This document shows, piece after piece, positions 50,314 to 64,000 of a stretch of DNA of 64,000 nt; the stretch's first letter is position 1; each line of letters opens with the position of its first letter. Below the pieces are notes generated by a model. That model was not told the DNA's origin, did not search any database, and worked only from the letters and a program-made list of their open reading frames with translations. The stretch comes from Bugula neritina (Eukaryota > Animalia > Bryozoa): contig OZ037765.1 of NCBI GenBank assembly GCA_964035545.1, positions 17,484,995-17,548,994 of the forward strand, given 5' to 3'. The translations under genes were made by a program, and so were the position numbers.

Positions 50314-51733
50314 ATCAGTATTCCAAATATAAATATCCGAAAAAACTTTTTTATTTCACCTTCAACCTGTTGACAGCATTCAAAGAAATTTAATAGTGCA
50401 AAAAAAGCAAAACATGAGAAATTAGTACTAAAGAATAAAATGCTGATATACATATATGTACTACATATAAATAATTGGTCACACATTCTTAAAGTGGTCA
50501 GTACGGAAACAAATGTATTTGAATAAAGAAAAAATCTAAAGCTGCCCCTACTAGTAGTTTATTTGCCTATATGAGCCCTACAATCTTCAGTAAAAACTTG
50601 TGTTATAACTAGCTATGTGATGGTTATTAAAAGTTATGTAGCAATTGAATTAGTTCGGTAGTAGATTTTCTAGCTGTAGGTTACCTATTTTATTAAATGT
50701 AATGATATAATCATAAAATCGAGGTAGCCTGGTAAATAATTTTACAAAATCACAATTATTCTGGTTGGATTATTATTTTATTTTCAATCACAGAATTTAC
50801 GTTTATTGTATGCTTTTTGTTATTAAATAACAATAAATATGCATTCTCAGAGAAAAGGTATCTCCATGTGTTAGATGAATTTTAAACCTTCTATAAGTCT
50901 TAATGCAGCTATGGGTTTGAAAACAATTTTACTTTGAAAACTGCAAAATCAAAATGTCACAGTATGTGAGAATTGTGCATATATATTCAAGCAAGCCAAG
51001 TTGAATTGCATAGACATGCATATAGGAATATAAATAGATTAGGTATGTCAAATATTAGTAAATCAGAGAAATTGTCTAAACTTGCCTGCTTACATCTTCG
51101 AGAATAGATATTATCCAAGCCAACTCAAAAAAACTAAAAGCTGCTGTGCTGCATATAATACTTATACGCCCAAGTAATAATTACTTTGTTATTCTACTGC
51201 ATATTCGCCTATTACACAGCGTAGAGTTCTTAAGTAAATTTACACATTGGCATAATGAAGTAGTTATATGTATAGAAAGAAAGCAGGCAGAGCAGTATTA
51301 AGTTACAGATAACTCCTGATTAACATATCCTTGTACAAATAAAAGGGTCTTGTTTTGTAACATTTGTACTTGAATGTTAGACTAGGCAATAAGACGCAGC
51401 CTCAAGAATACCACATTAGTACATTAGAAATGAAATATTTAGTGACTACTAAACCTCGTTGAAAATGACTGTAGTTTAGTAATGATTTGATATGTAGTAA
51501 TTACACAGTCACAGTACTACAATCTAAATAGAATTGTGTTTGAAGCATTAACGGTCAAAGACTAGCACCAATTTGTCAAAAAACAATTTATTAGATCAGG
51601 TCATATTTTACAAATGTGGAAATTAAGAAACAAATAAGATAATAAAAACACTATACAACTGAAAACTTAGTATTTCTGGGTAGCAAATTATCAAAAGTTA
51701 TTAAAACTGTGGCATTATACAATGCGCAGTTGA

Positions 51734-54700
51734 TTATTTACGAGCAAAGTTTTTTTCAGTTGCTGCGGTATTTCTCTGTATTTTATGACGATTTCTTCGA
51801 AGTTGATCCTCAATAGAACTATCTCCTGCATGACTGGTCATCATAGGTCTACACCAGAAGAAAAACAACAGTATGTACTATATAGTTAACAGTAGCGCCA
51901 TACTTCAATGCAGTTTCGAGTAGATATTTGCTTAACTAAATGGTAGCAACTCTAATTTATAAACTGCCACTCTTGTTTTAAGTATAAATGTATCAGCATC
52001 AACTCGAAATGCTAAACATTTACACTTGAAGCCCGATTGCTAGCAAAAGCAATTTAACAATAAAGATTGTATGATAGTTCAACAAGACACTACACAGCCT
52101 AAAGCGACAGTTTAACAATTCCATTTAGAACTACAATTTATAACAATGATATTTAGCGACGATACAGATTAAGACCGTTTGTTGTGAAAAATATATAATA
52201 CAAATCGAGGAGCACACTATAAATATGCAAGTTGTTGCAGTTGAAACATTTGAGATCAATAGTAGCAGTTTTCAAAGGAATGGATGTTTTCAGGTAATTT
52301 TTGAACAAATTCTAGGCATGCAATTAAGTGAATTTTTAAATGTGTAAATTATAATATCATTAAATAGAAATAAAGCGTAACGCTACGATACTATCCAATG
52401 AATAAATATTTCCTATATTTATAGAATATGCACCTGTACTCATTCAATGAGTTGAGAAGTAGGTCAGTGTATCTGACTACACATGATTGACTTTTCTCTG
52501 TAGCAAAATTTAACAATATTTACTTACGCAATAAATTTATTATCTTTCCCTGCATTTTTTGCATACATTTCATCTTCTTCTTCTTGTTCCTTTTTGTATC
52601 TTGCGACATTCTTTGATCGTTGCTCATCTCTCCACTTTGCATTGTTCATCATTTCACTCAACTTTGCTTCCTTTTCAGCTTTAGTTAATCTGAGAGAAAA
52701 GTCATAGTATTGCACAGCCAAAAAATACTTATTCCTTGGTCAGGAAACTCTGAAAATTGAAAAAGATGCACGATATACTTGTATACCTACTCCTTTTGTT
52801 TATGAGATGATTTAGTGGATTGGGTAGGTGATGGTGACCTCTTCAGCTTCTTCTTACTTATATCAACATTACTCTTCCTCTTAGCATCCGAATCAGCTTT
52901 AGCCACAAGGACAGATTCTCCTTTCTAAGTTATACAAGACATTCAATTATGCACCATGAATATCTACTTGGAAAGTGATTTGCACACTAAACTCAACACA
53001 TGGGCTTGTACATGGCGTATTGATATTATTTGCTTTGTAATACATTGAAACTTTAAGAAAATAATTTTCCAGTTTTAAAACAAAAAAAGATTAAAGATTA
53101 TTTCCCAAAATATTTTTAGCCAAGAAAAACTTTGAGAACTACATAGCATTTATGAAATCAGTTCCTGTCCCTAAGATGAAGGCTTTGAGGCCTAGCAGGT
53201 AAAAAAAAGGAATTAGTATTATCAACAAAAAGCAGCGACGGATCTCATGACATGACACTTTATATGTTGAAGGGAAATATTTAAAATTGTGCTATATATT
53301 TCTTACAGGGTGCACAAGGCCATACGATGGTAACATAGATAGCTTGTCTTTGAGTTCATTTCTTTCTCTCTCCAAGTGCTTTAAGGAATGATTAGAGTCA
53401 GCAGATGAGCTTCTTGAATGCGCTGCTCTGTCACGGCTACTTCTGTGTGCGATACAAAAGTTAATGCAGTTCACTTGAAACATATTAGCACATCCAACCT
53501 TGTTCAAGATACTATATTCATGCTTTTAAGTAATTTTTGAGAATTACCTTTTCTTTGGCATTGATTTTTTTCTTCGCTTTGCACCTCGTAGAGGTGAGCT
53601 GCTAAAGCTTGAGTTACTGCCGCTACTTGAACTTGAGTTACTACCAGAAGACGATGAGCTGCTGGATGATGAAACGCTGCACAAAAAATTAAAACCAAGA
53701 TTTATAAACAAATTAAACTTGAACCTATTACGATAAAACTAGAAATTCATGTTTTTGCTCCAATAGCTAGTTGAGCATTTATTAACGAATTCTTGTTTTT
53801 AATTGAAAAGACAAATCCTACCTTTGAGATCTCTTGGATTTAGCCTTTTTTAGGTTTTGATTTTCTACTGTGTTAGAACTACGCACTTTACGCTCTGACT
53901 TTACTCTATTAGCAACTTCTGGAGAGCTGCTTACCACTGGTTTAGATTTAGAGCTTTCAGGCTTAGATTTAGAGCTTGAAATGTGCTGAGTAACCCTTTT
54001 AGTTGCAATTTCTTTAGACCGAGATCTAAAGTTTCTATATCTATGAATACTGTTAGATCGTGATCTACTTCTCCTATATCTCGCAGTGGACCTATCAGAC
54101 TCCCGCCTGCCATGTCTAGTAGAGCGATCTTGAGACCTGTGGTCTGCTCTAGCAGCATATCCAGATCGCTCCGATGGTCCATGTCTGTCACGGTGCAAAC
54201 TGTGGTACTCAATTCGAGATCTTTCATTATCACCAGTTTGATATCGAGCCCTACCATTTCTACGTTCTACGCTGCCACTCTGCCGATCATTTGAATGGAT
54301 GCGAGTTGTTCGCTTTGAATCGTCATACTTTTCAGTTTTCCTCCGAGAGGATTCGGCGTCTTTCCCATTCCCTGATGCAGAGTTTCCATTCCTATCCTTT
54401 CTGCTACTGTCTTTGTTACTCGTATCATGTTTACGGTGCTTTCGTAGCTTTCTTCTATCCTCTTCGTCTGATGAAGCATCATAAAATCTGTATCTCTTCG
54501 TTTTGCCAATCAGTTCCAAGTAGCTATAACATAATGATATATATACTACATATATAAAATAATAATAATCAGTTATAGCGATTAACTACAAACATCAACC
54601 ATTTGTAGCAATCTCTTACTAGTATGAGGGTTTCTGAACGATATGAAATTTCAACTAAGCATGAATTTATTTTAACTTCAAAAATACATTACAAAAATGT

Positions 54701-57700
54701 GGAGTAATCAACTCTTGTTTCCTAACACATTTAACCCTATTAGAAAGAATGACACTTATCGGTCAACATATTTAGTAGATTAGTTAATTTACTATTACTC
54801 AAGAAAATGTGCATTCATAATTGCTAAGCATAATTCAGACAATTACCTACACACCAATGTTTAAACTTGGCTAGCAGCATTAGCACCATCCATATACAGG
54901 CAAATAAAAGCTTATGTAACTCCACACACACCGATATAATAAAGACTGCTCATCATCAGGTAATTTCCTTTTTGCTTTCACTGGTTTAGCATTCACTTTA
55001 CCACCTTTAATAGCCATGAGTCTGGCTAACAACTCATCACCATCTTTACTTCGGCGCTTTTTGCGCCTCTCCTTTAACTGTAACATGAAAACAGCTGATG
55101 GAGTTACATAATGATGCATGTACTATAAAACCAGTATGTCCACACTCTTCAAGGCCTGTTTTTAGTGTAAAATTATTTGACCCTAATAGATATATAATGT
55201 GACAAAATATTCACACTATAAAAATGATTGATTTTGCAACGAACATTTTAGAAAATTCTTCGATGCTTCCTTGAAAATATAAATTTGCACAAACATACAT
55301 CAAAATTGACTGCAAGGCCATGTAACAATGCAGCAAACCTATTTGTACTGATGCAAACGATATGAAAAACTTAAAAACTTGAATACTAATCGATGGCAGT
55401 AAAAAGCTATAAAATGTATTGTTATAAAATAGTGTTAAAGCTCTACAGAACTGTCACTCAGGATTAATGAAGGAGAGCAGTGTATGGTAATACTGCATAG
55501 CATACTCAGTTGTGACCAATTACTGTTTGATTAGAAGTGATTAGTAGGGAGGATAGAATAAAGTCATGTTAGAGGTTTGAAATACATCTATGATATACAT
55601 TTAGCTAGCTACTTTATATACTGTATTATGTTTACTGATGATCACCTCTTTTTCTAAGAGCTTCATTTTGAGAGGATTATTTAGCAAAGCCCTTCTTGCA
55701 TCTTCTTCCTTTTTCCTAAAAAGTTTAAAACATTCTAATATGATAAAGTAACACCAATAAAATACTAGGCACAGCATTATTTAAAGTAGAAAAAAATGTG
55801 TAAACATATAACAAATAGCAAACCTCATTGCTGACAAGGGGTCTTCCCTTTGTTTTATCTGTGTATTTAATCTTTCATTGTGTAAGAATGGATCCTCATC
55901 AAACTTGGCACCAACGTTTGACTGTGCTAAAATAGTGCCTAATAGTGAGTTTGCTAAAGACTGCTAACGTTTCTGTAAAAATGGCTTATTGAAAGCAACA
56001 ACTAAACAAGAGTATAAAATAAGGAAGCACATATATAATACTAAAATAATATTTCTTCAAAAATTTTAGCAAATATGGGATTGTAATTAATGACATGCAT
56101 CCAAACATGCATCTGGACCATTTTAACCACGTATTACTAAAATATTAAAATATATAAGATCAGTGGAATACAACACACCATAATATAAATTATTACGCAA
56201 GGAGTTGTCTATGCCCGCAAAGTGATAACTAATGAGGCATACTCACATCCCTGAGGAATGTTTTGTCTTTCAAAATGGGTATCAACACGCTTGCCTAAAA
56301 GATATTCTTCGGAGTCAACTTTATCTTTGTATAAGAAATCAACTTTCTCAGATCTAAAAATACATGATGATGATGTCACTTAATAGAGCTTACATGATTT
56401 CCTAAAGCAGGGAGTTATTGGGGTAAATAATTTTTATGGATGTTTAAAATGTGTTCATAAATCATCGAATTAGGCCTCTACCAGTAACAAATATATAAAA
56501 AATGAAAGCAAAAATAATAGCACTATTATAGAATTGAAATATGAAGACACAGTTTTTAATCGTAAATCTTTCAGTGTTATATTGACATAAATGCCAATAA
56601 ACTGAAACAAAATGATAAAAAAAAACAGCATCAAAAGAAATTATTTTCCAAATTTGATTTCTTTTTGTAACACTACTGATCTTTTTGGGCTATCTTTACA
56701 TGCACTGTTCGATGTCCAAGTATGTAAAAAGCCAAACCATGTCTAGGATTAGAATAAATGCAAGTGAGTCAGTGAAGATGACTGGATGAAGATGGGAAAA
56801 GAAACAGAGGGGTTTATTATAGCGGCATAAGACATACTATATTCACATGCTATTAAAAAGTAGTAACTATGAAAAATTAGGAAGACAAAAAGTGTGGCAA
56901 TGGGATAAAACTGTCATGAATATTTTCTGTGAAAACTTGCCCAATCAGAATATAGCAAAGTATAATAAGTTGTAGAACAGATAACTCCAATCCCTGTAGA
57001 AAATTAGAATTTCACCAAAGTATGACGTAATATAGACACCAGATTGCACTTGTATTTATAAATAAACTTACAAATAATATTTTGATAGAGTTTTAAATAT
57101 GCTTGAAGAGATAAAAAAATAGAAGAACAGTTGTCATTTATGCGATTGTTCACAGAGTACACAAAGAAACAAAAAGGATAATTAAGAGAAACCAAACTAA
57201 TGTGAAAGAATCACAGTAGGAGAAATTCTAAAATAGTAAGGGCACCGAATGTTAGATATTTTTCAGAAAGACTACTCAGTAAAAAACTATTGTGCACAAA
57301 CATAGGGAAGATAAAAGACATCTGGAAATGTAATAAGAACTGAAGAACATTTGGAATAATATAGATCTCAGCCAAGTGAGTCTGGGCAAATGCCTAAACA
57401 CACAAGATTTTTCTAATTTAGAAAAAGATAAGCATTATGATGCAACTCTCAATCTCTAAAATGCAAAATTAATTGTAATGGTATTCATTCTCATCCTGAT
57501 AATGGTAATAATTAATAAATATGCCAGTTCAACACTAACATATAGGCAGGATGAATATGGTTCAGGAATAAACAAATAGAAAAAATGCTTGACATATAAA
57601 GTTGAATTATATACACCTAGAGTTAAATTTAAAGATAAAAAAATAACTAGCAAACTTAAAATCATAACCTGCTTTCGCTATTCTGTGTAGATTTCCTCTC

Positions 57701-57748
57701 TTTGAAAATCTCAGCAATTTTTCGCTCTTCATCTCGGTTAACGTCCAT
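51734..57748 (-). CDS. CWC25: Pre-mRNA splicing factor CWC25-like with a large Arg/Ser-rich middle, spliced; N-terminus uncertain
   Basis: Exons encode EKVDFLY...EEYLLGKRVD, REDPL, RKKEEDARRALLNNPLKMK, PSYGL, EMMNNAKWRDEQR and IEDQLRRNRHKIQRNTAATEKNFARK*. Confidence 0.88.
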
Positions 57749-57940
57749 TGATACTTATTGCAGATAATAAAGATCACAATACAAATACTAAAGCCCGAAG
57801 TCTCAGATCATAGGTTGTAGTCTCAGTGATAGTAAGCGAAACTACAAATATAAAAAATTAAATCTAGTAAGAAATTATTGCTAACAAACTAGCACAATCT
57901 CTTTAGTTTAACATAGTGATGCAGTGAATATATCAGTAAT

Positions 57941-58151
57941 GGTGTCCGGTAAAAATTGCACAGGTAATAATGGCACAAGTGGCAAAGTAGGTCAAATTTT
58001 CAAAATGTTAATGGCACATTTTCAATATTAGGGTTTGGAATGGGGGGTTTGGGTTTGGGTTTAAGGGTTAAAGAAAATTTAACAACAGTTTGCCATTTTT
58101 ACCTACTTTCCAATTATGCCATTACTACCTGCACCATTTTTACCTAAAATC
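57941..58151. mobile_element. Non-autonomous DNA transposon (MITE, Mutator-like)
   Basis: Imperfect terminal inverted repeats of about 55 bp (ggtaaaaattgcacaggtaataatggc... / ...gccattactacctgcaccatttttacc) and a 9-bp TSD atcagtaat (57932-57940, 58152-58160). Confidence 0.75.
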
Positions 58152-58325
58152 ATCAGTAATACTCATGATTGATACAGGCATAAGACAATGATTATGTATC
58201 AGTATCAGGTAATTTTATTATAACTATAAGTAGCTGTATGAATCTCATAACTATGATAAAAATAATGATATAATTATATGTCTATGAGAATAAAGTCTAA
58301 ACAAACAATATTCATAGTTCATATT

Positions 58326-58544
58326 AAAAAAAAAACTCACGCAAGTTTATAGTCACTATCCCTGTGAGAACCCCTGATGGAGAGTTTTTTGTTAAATCGA
58401 GCTAAGGACTTATTCAGATGAGGCACAGGAGCAATTATGACTGGATGCTCTTCCTAACATCACCAATGGCCTTTGTCGAGGTTCGAACTTGTGACTTCAT
58501 GCTTACTAGGCAAACGCTCTAGCCCCTAGACCACAGCCGCTCCC
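58326..58544 (-). mobile_element. tRNA-derived SINE
   Basis: The minus strand begins gggagcggctgTGGTCTAGGGG (A box)...aGTTCGAACC (B box), followed by a non-tRNA body and a T run. Confidence 0.75.
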
Positions 58545-58722
58545 TTTCATAATTCATATTTATTATAAGTAATTATAATAATTAAAAAAGTAATTAACAA
58601 CATTTAGTAAGATGATACTTTATTGTTTGTGCTGCAATGGCCCTTTCATAAAAATTACGGAGGTAAATCAGTCATCAATTACAATACGAATGACAAGCTT
58701 AGGCCTAAGCTAAGCTACAAGT

Positions 58723-58860
58723 ACTACCACCACTGGTGCCACCACCACCACTGGTGCCACCACCACCACTGGTGCCACCACCACCACAGGTGCCACCACC
58801 ACCACTGGTACCACCACCACTAGCAGTAGTAGTAGCAGCAGTAGTAGTAGTAATAGTAGA
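58723..58860. repeat. 18-bp (caccaccaccactggtgc)n repeat followed by (TAG/CAG)n
   Basis: Seen directly. Confidence 0.85.
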
Positions 58861-59194
58861 CTAGTAATAAAAGTAGTACATTGCTTAGATAATCATAATG
58901 ATAACACTAACAGTTACAGCCATAACTTATAATACTTATGTTATTTCATAACCAATCTCATTAGTTTAGAATCACTGTGAAATTTAATAAATTTAAGCTA
59001 GAAATAGAACTAACGTAAAACTAAATGATTTGCAGAATTGGTTTATTCAGGTCGAAAGCCAAAGGTACAAATAAAAACATTACTAAAATAAAACCAATTT
59101 CAATCCTTCAGATTTAAATCTAAAATTTAAATGATCATCACCATGTTCCACTCACACTGACAGTGAGTGTTACTGTCACTGTGCATGGAAGTGT

Positions 59195-61530
59195 AAATTA
59201 TTAATAATTTACTAATAGTAATAATAATATTAATAAGTAATTACTAGTTACTATTAGTAATAGTATTACTATTACTATTACTATTAGTAATACTAATAGT
59301 AATAGTATTACTATTACCATTAGTAATGGCATTAGTAATAGTATTACTATTAGTGTATTACTATTACTATTAGTATTAGTATTACTATTAGACTTAGTGA
59401 CTGATAGTAATAGTATTACTATTAGTATTATATTATTAGTATTACTAGTACTATTAGTATTACTATTACTATTAGTATTTGAGTATTACTATTACAGTAA
59501 TACTATTAGGAAAATTGACTTAAATTTACTAACAGTAATACTAATACTAATAGTAATACTATTACTATTTGAGTATTACTATTAGTATTACTATCACTAT
59601 TAGTATTACATTTACTGTTAGTGTTAGTGAATTTAAATCAATTTTTTAATTATTTTGGTCAAAAACTAATAGTAATAAGGAAATGTAATAACTAATATTA
59701 ATAACTAATAAGTAATAAGATTAACTTTAAGTTATAAAAAATAGTAATACTAAAACTAAAAGTAAAACTAAGTTTTAAAACTAAAAGTAAAAGTAATTGT
59801 AAATATTAATAAAATTAAATATAATAATTTAATATTATTATAATTATTAATAATATAATAATATTAATAATAGTAACATTAACGGAGTGATTAACACAAC
59901 TGTAAAGTGTAATATATTAATAAACATTTACAGACACTAACATAATTATTTAATGACAATGCAAGGAGTTTGACATATTTTGTAATTTGTGATTAGTATA
60001 ATTACTATTACACTATAATCATATTATGAGCGTTAGGTGTGTTCACGCGTTCAAACCCATGGTTAAAGCCCGATAGCTGGGGAAGATTTTTTAAAAGTGA
60101 ATAAACACGACGGAGCATAGCTAGGGGCCCTTCCAAAACACTTTAGCAGTTTGGTGAATATAACAGTTATCCAATTGCGCAAAATCTAACAAATATCTTC
60201 ACCTACACGATGAAGTGAAAATTGAAATATATAAATTTACAATTTTAGTTGCTATACAATTACATTTTTAGCAGATTTTTAAGCTGTGTTTTTAATAATA
60301 TTTATGCGGTGTGACTATTAAATTGTTTGTAATACAATTTGCATTAATATTGTTGTCAAACGCACGGTTCTTTAAAAGCGGCAGGAGCGTTAAAACGAGT
60401 GAAGAGTCTTGGGTAATGTTGATATTAGTTTCAGTTTGTGAGCCTACGTGATCAAATTTGACATCGGCATCAAGTTCAACATGACTATTACCATGCGTTG
60501 TTTAATTTAGTTTTATCTACATATTTATTGTAATAACTGGAATTGTTTGAGCTATCAAGCCGATAATCGTAAGTAATAACTAATAGTAATACTAATACTA
60601 ATAGTAATAACATAAACATTAGACTTACTTACTCTTACTCTTAGTCTTAGTGATTAGACATAATCATAATGATAATCATTATGATATTGATTATGATTAT
60701 GATAAATCACTAAAACTAAAAGTAAATGATCATCATTATGATTTTGATCATTATAAATATAATTATAAATATTTTATATAATAATAATAATTAATATTAT
60801 AATTAGAATTACATTTTCATTTTGATTTAGTGATTTAGTTTATTATTACTATTACTATTAGTATTACTATTAGTAATAGTATTTGTTATTTATTTATTAT
60901 TTACTATTAGACTTAGAGTATGTCTATTATAAATTAAAATATAAGTAAAAGTTACACTTACAGTTACTGTAACTTAAACTAAAAGTAAATCTAATACTAA
61001 TACTAATAGTAATACTAATAGTAATACTAATAGCAATAGTAATTGACTTAGAGTTAGAGTAAAACTAAATGTTAATGTAATACTAATAGTAACACTAATA
61101 CTAATAACTAATAGTAATAACTAATAAGTAATACTAATACTAATAACTAATAGTTATAGTAATAAGTAATACTAATACATTATTACCCTAATACAGTAAT
61201 ACTAATAGTATAAGTATTGCTATTACTATTAGTAATACTAATACAGTAATAGTAATACTAATTACTAATTAGTAATTATAGTACTTTAATGCATTACAGC
61301 ATTACTATTACTATTAGTATAAGTATAACTCTATAAATTAATAATATTAATAAGTAGCCTATTATAATTAGTATTAATATTAATGTTGGTATTACTATTA
61401 GTATTACAATTACTATAACTACGAGTATTATTATTGTCTATTAGTATTACTTTAAGTATTACTGAATTATATTTAATTTCACTATGATAGTAGTTATTAA
61501 ACTTAGTATTAGTATTACTATTAGTATTGA
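59195..61530. repeat. Degenerate (TACTAT/AATAGT)n tracts flanking a CpG-containing island (about 60030-60570)
   Basis: Seen directly. The island ends in a candidate donor (atc|gtaagt at 60569) and may be the CWC25/KDM5 promoter region. Confidence 0.7.
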
Positions 61531-62142
61531 TATTATTTCAATTTGAACAAAACATTTAAATACTTAGGACTAAAGCCATAGGCCTAGCTTAGCTAAACTA
61601 AAACAGTAAAATGTCAATAATAAATGTGATGGTTTTAATAGCTGTTTAATTAATAATTACTTATATTGATGGAAATGTTATATTTATGATTATAATTGTC
61701 ATTGCGGTAGTGGTAAGTATGAGTCTTAGCCTATTGATTATAATAAATAACTAAGGGAGTAACTAATTTACTATAATATTAATTATACTCTAAATCTGCA
61801 AGTGTTACTATATCTGTTGTTAGCTCTGCTATAATAATAAATGTAAAGTATCACAGTTACTATGAGTTACTATATGCATTAGGTATTTCTTCATTTATAA
61901 TTAAAATAAACACAGTAGATAGTAATGCAAGATGTTGTAACTAAAGTAAATTAAAGAAAAAGTATACATGAGAACTGCACCACGAAAAACAAAAAGACAA
62001 AAATAAAGTGCATAACCAAAATATATATTGCGTAAAGAGTATTACTTGTTAACTGATATAAGTTTTATAGAATAATATAAATATTATAACTATTATATTT
62101 ATACTGTATTTATGTTACCAAAAGGTAAAAGTATAATTCAGA

Positions 62143-63915
62143 ATGGAAAGCTCTACGACTACAGATGTATTTCAACCTCCACCAGAAGCGCCAGTGTTTG
62201 AGCCAACATATGAAGATTTTGAGGATCCTATTGCGTTTATAACGAAAATACGACCTTTAGTTGAAAAAGTGGGAATTTGTAAAATTCGTCCACCTGCAGT
62301 AAGTTTTAGTGAGCATTAAAGCAGTAATTCACATTTACTTTTGATGTTCATAAACACTAAAATATTATCACATTACAATTTATCATGGTTAATATAATTA
62401 TCACAATCAGCTGGTAGTCATGGACCTATTTACTATGAACTAAGTATAGCCAGCATTAAATAAGTTCGAACTTAGGGCTACTTAGTATGTTATATACTTT
62501 GACAGCTATACTACGATGGATTCATACTTTCAGTTTTTATCTTAAGCGATTATTTACCAGTAAATTCAAGCTAAATACACAGTAGTAAATTGTGATGACT
62601 TTTCATAGTTTGCCAGTTACTTATTGCTATTGGAATACAAATATAATATGAAAATGATTCAAACTGTTTGTTTACAATTTAAAAAAATATAAAACCAACC
62701 TGAAGTTGTAAGATTAGTTGGAACCTGACTTAGGCCGAAATCAAATGGTAACTAAAGCTGACTTGCTAAAATTATTAACCCGATTTCATTTGCTCAATCA
62801 GTTTATTTCATTTGAACTTAAAATTATTGTAGCTGCACTACAGACATAGTTGGCATCGCAGGACTTCAACCCAGCTCTGCTTATCATTAAGACATTTTAG
62901 CACTATTGAATAAATATAATTCATGTTGTTTTGAGAAAACGCAATGTATTTAGGTTGAAAGCATTCTGTACAAGTTGTGTCTAGGCTCATATAAATGTGT
63001 AACAGTTCCTATACACATCTTTGTTAGCATCATACTTTTTATTTTTCAATTAAAATGATCAATTCAATAGTGGCAAGTTTCAATTTGTAGGAGTGGCAGC
63101 CTCCGTTTGTTGTGGATGTTGAGAACTTCAAATTTGTACCTCGCATGCAAAAGATAAATGAGTTAGAGGTTTGCTTTATAAATATTATATTAATTAAACT
63201 TTGTATAACTTATATTTCTGTGTCAATTGGTTGAGTTAAACAAGGTTTTGTATAGAGTAATGAACACAGAACCTAAATCAAAATAATTTTATAAACTAAA
63301 ATCTTTTTCTGATTTATTTTGTAATGCTTTTACTTAGTAGTTAAAATGCAAAATTTTATAAATTAAAAAATATATAAATCAATAATTGTTCATTGCTGTT
63401 GCAGTGAATTAGAGTAACAATTCTAGAATTATCATCCACCAGTTACCTTCTTATGCTTTTAAATTCCTGCTTCGAATGGTGATTGAGGATGATTATTGAC
63501 AGTGTAACAGCAGCTGTACCAATGCTTTTTCATAATTTAAATATTTTGTCACTATTATGGCAATGCCTTATAGTGGAATTAATATGCACTGGTGAATTGT
63601 GAAAATAGAATGTCTTCCAAACTATTGTAATAAATTTCATAGTAAATAAATGTTACTACATCTCCTTGTATAATGCAATTTTGATACTTAATTTTTTGTA
63701 TTTTTCAGGCTACCACAAGGGTGAAACTCAATTTTTTGGACAAGTTGCTAAAATTTTGGGAGTTGCAGGTTTGATATTATTAAATGCTGATAGATGAATT
63801 TTTGAATGTTTGATCAAGAAGAATTGCCAATAAAATGTGTAAATATTTTTAGGGGAGGGCTATAAAGATACCTACCGTTGACAGAAAACTGTTAGATTTT
63901 CATAAGTTACACAAG
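62143..63915 (+). CDS. KDM5: Lysine-specific demethylase 5 (JARID1/lid), JmjN and start of ARID; continues beyond the window
   Basis: Exons at 62143-62298, 63091-63168, 63709-63768 and 63853-63915 give [29 protein letters not shown]...GICKIRPP|EWQPPF...INELE|[11 protein letters not shown]...FWELQ|G...[14 protein letters not shown]. Confidence 0.95.
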
Positions 63916-64000
63916 GTATGGTTGTACAAATATTTTACCATGTTCTGCTGCATCAACAGAGCTAATAATTAGGATTCTGACTCAAATATCTAATTTTATT

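Noticed and set aside
58470-58544. tRNA gene
   Set aside because: A and B boxes are present, but there is no good acceptor stem or cloverleaf and the body continues as non-tRNA sequence; called a SINE.
58623-58823. His/Cys/Trp-rich peptide (HHHHWC)n as a metal-binding protein
   Set aside because: Translation of an 18-bp simple repeat with a TTG start and no splice context.

Overview
AT-rich, intron-rich animal genomic DNA, probably an invertebrate; not prokaryotic. It holds seven spliced host genes: NAP1-like (+, start codon before the window), a chitobiase-type GH20 beta-hexosaminidase (-), EIF2B1 (-), GTF2H3 (+, head-to-head with EIF2B1, with one U12 intron), a RERG/RERGL-like GTPase (-), a CWC25-like gene (-) and the 5' part of KDM5 (+). 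There are also LINE, RTE, SINE and MITE relics and simple-repeat tracts. The standout is a very young, full-length 7.4-kb Ty3/Gypsy LTR retrotransposon (34596-42042) inserted in sense orientation 66 bp into GTF2H3 intron 1. It has 305-bp LTRs differing at one base, a CTAG target-site duplication (TSD), a tRNA-Leu primer binding site, and a G_UUA_AAC plus GC-stem -1 frameshift signal. In the env position it carries an intact non-env ORF3 with an acidic N-terminus, two zinc fingers, a KAP1-like PxVxL HP1 box (PRVVLQRVD), a basic patch and a six-heptad coiled coil. ORF3 is a candidate transposon-encoded chromatin or transcription regulator. Exon boundaries were read by eye and no database searches were run.
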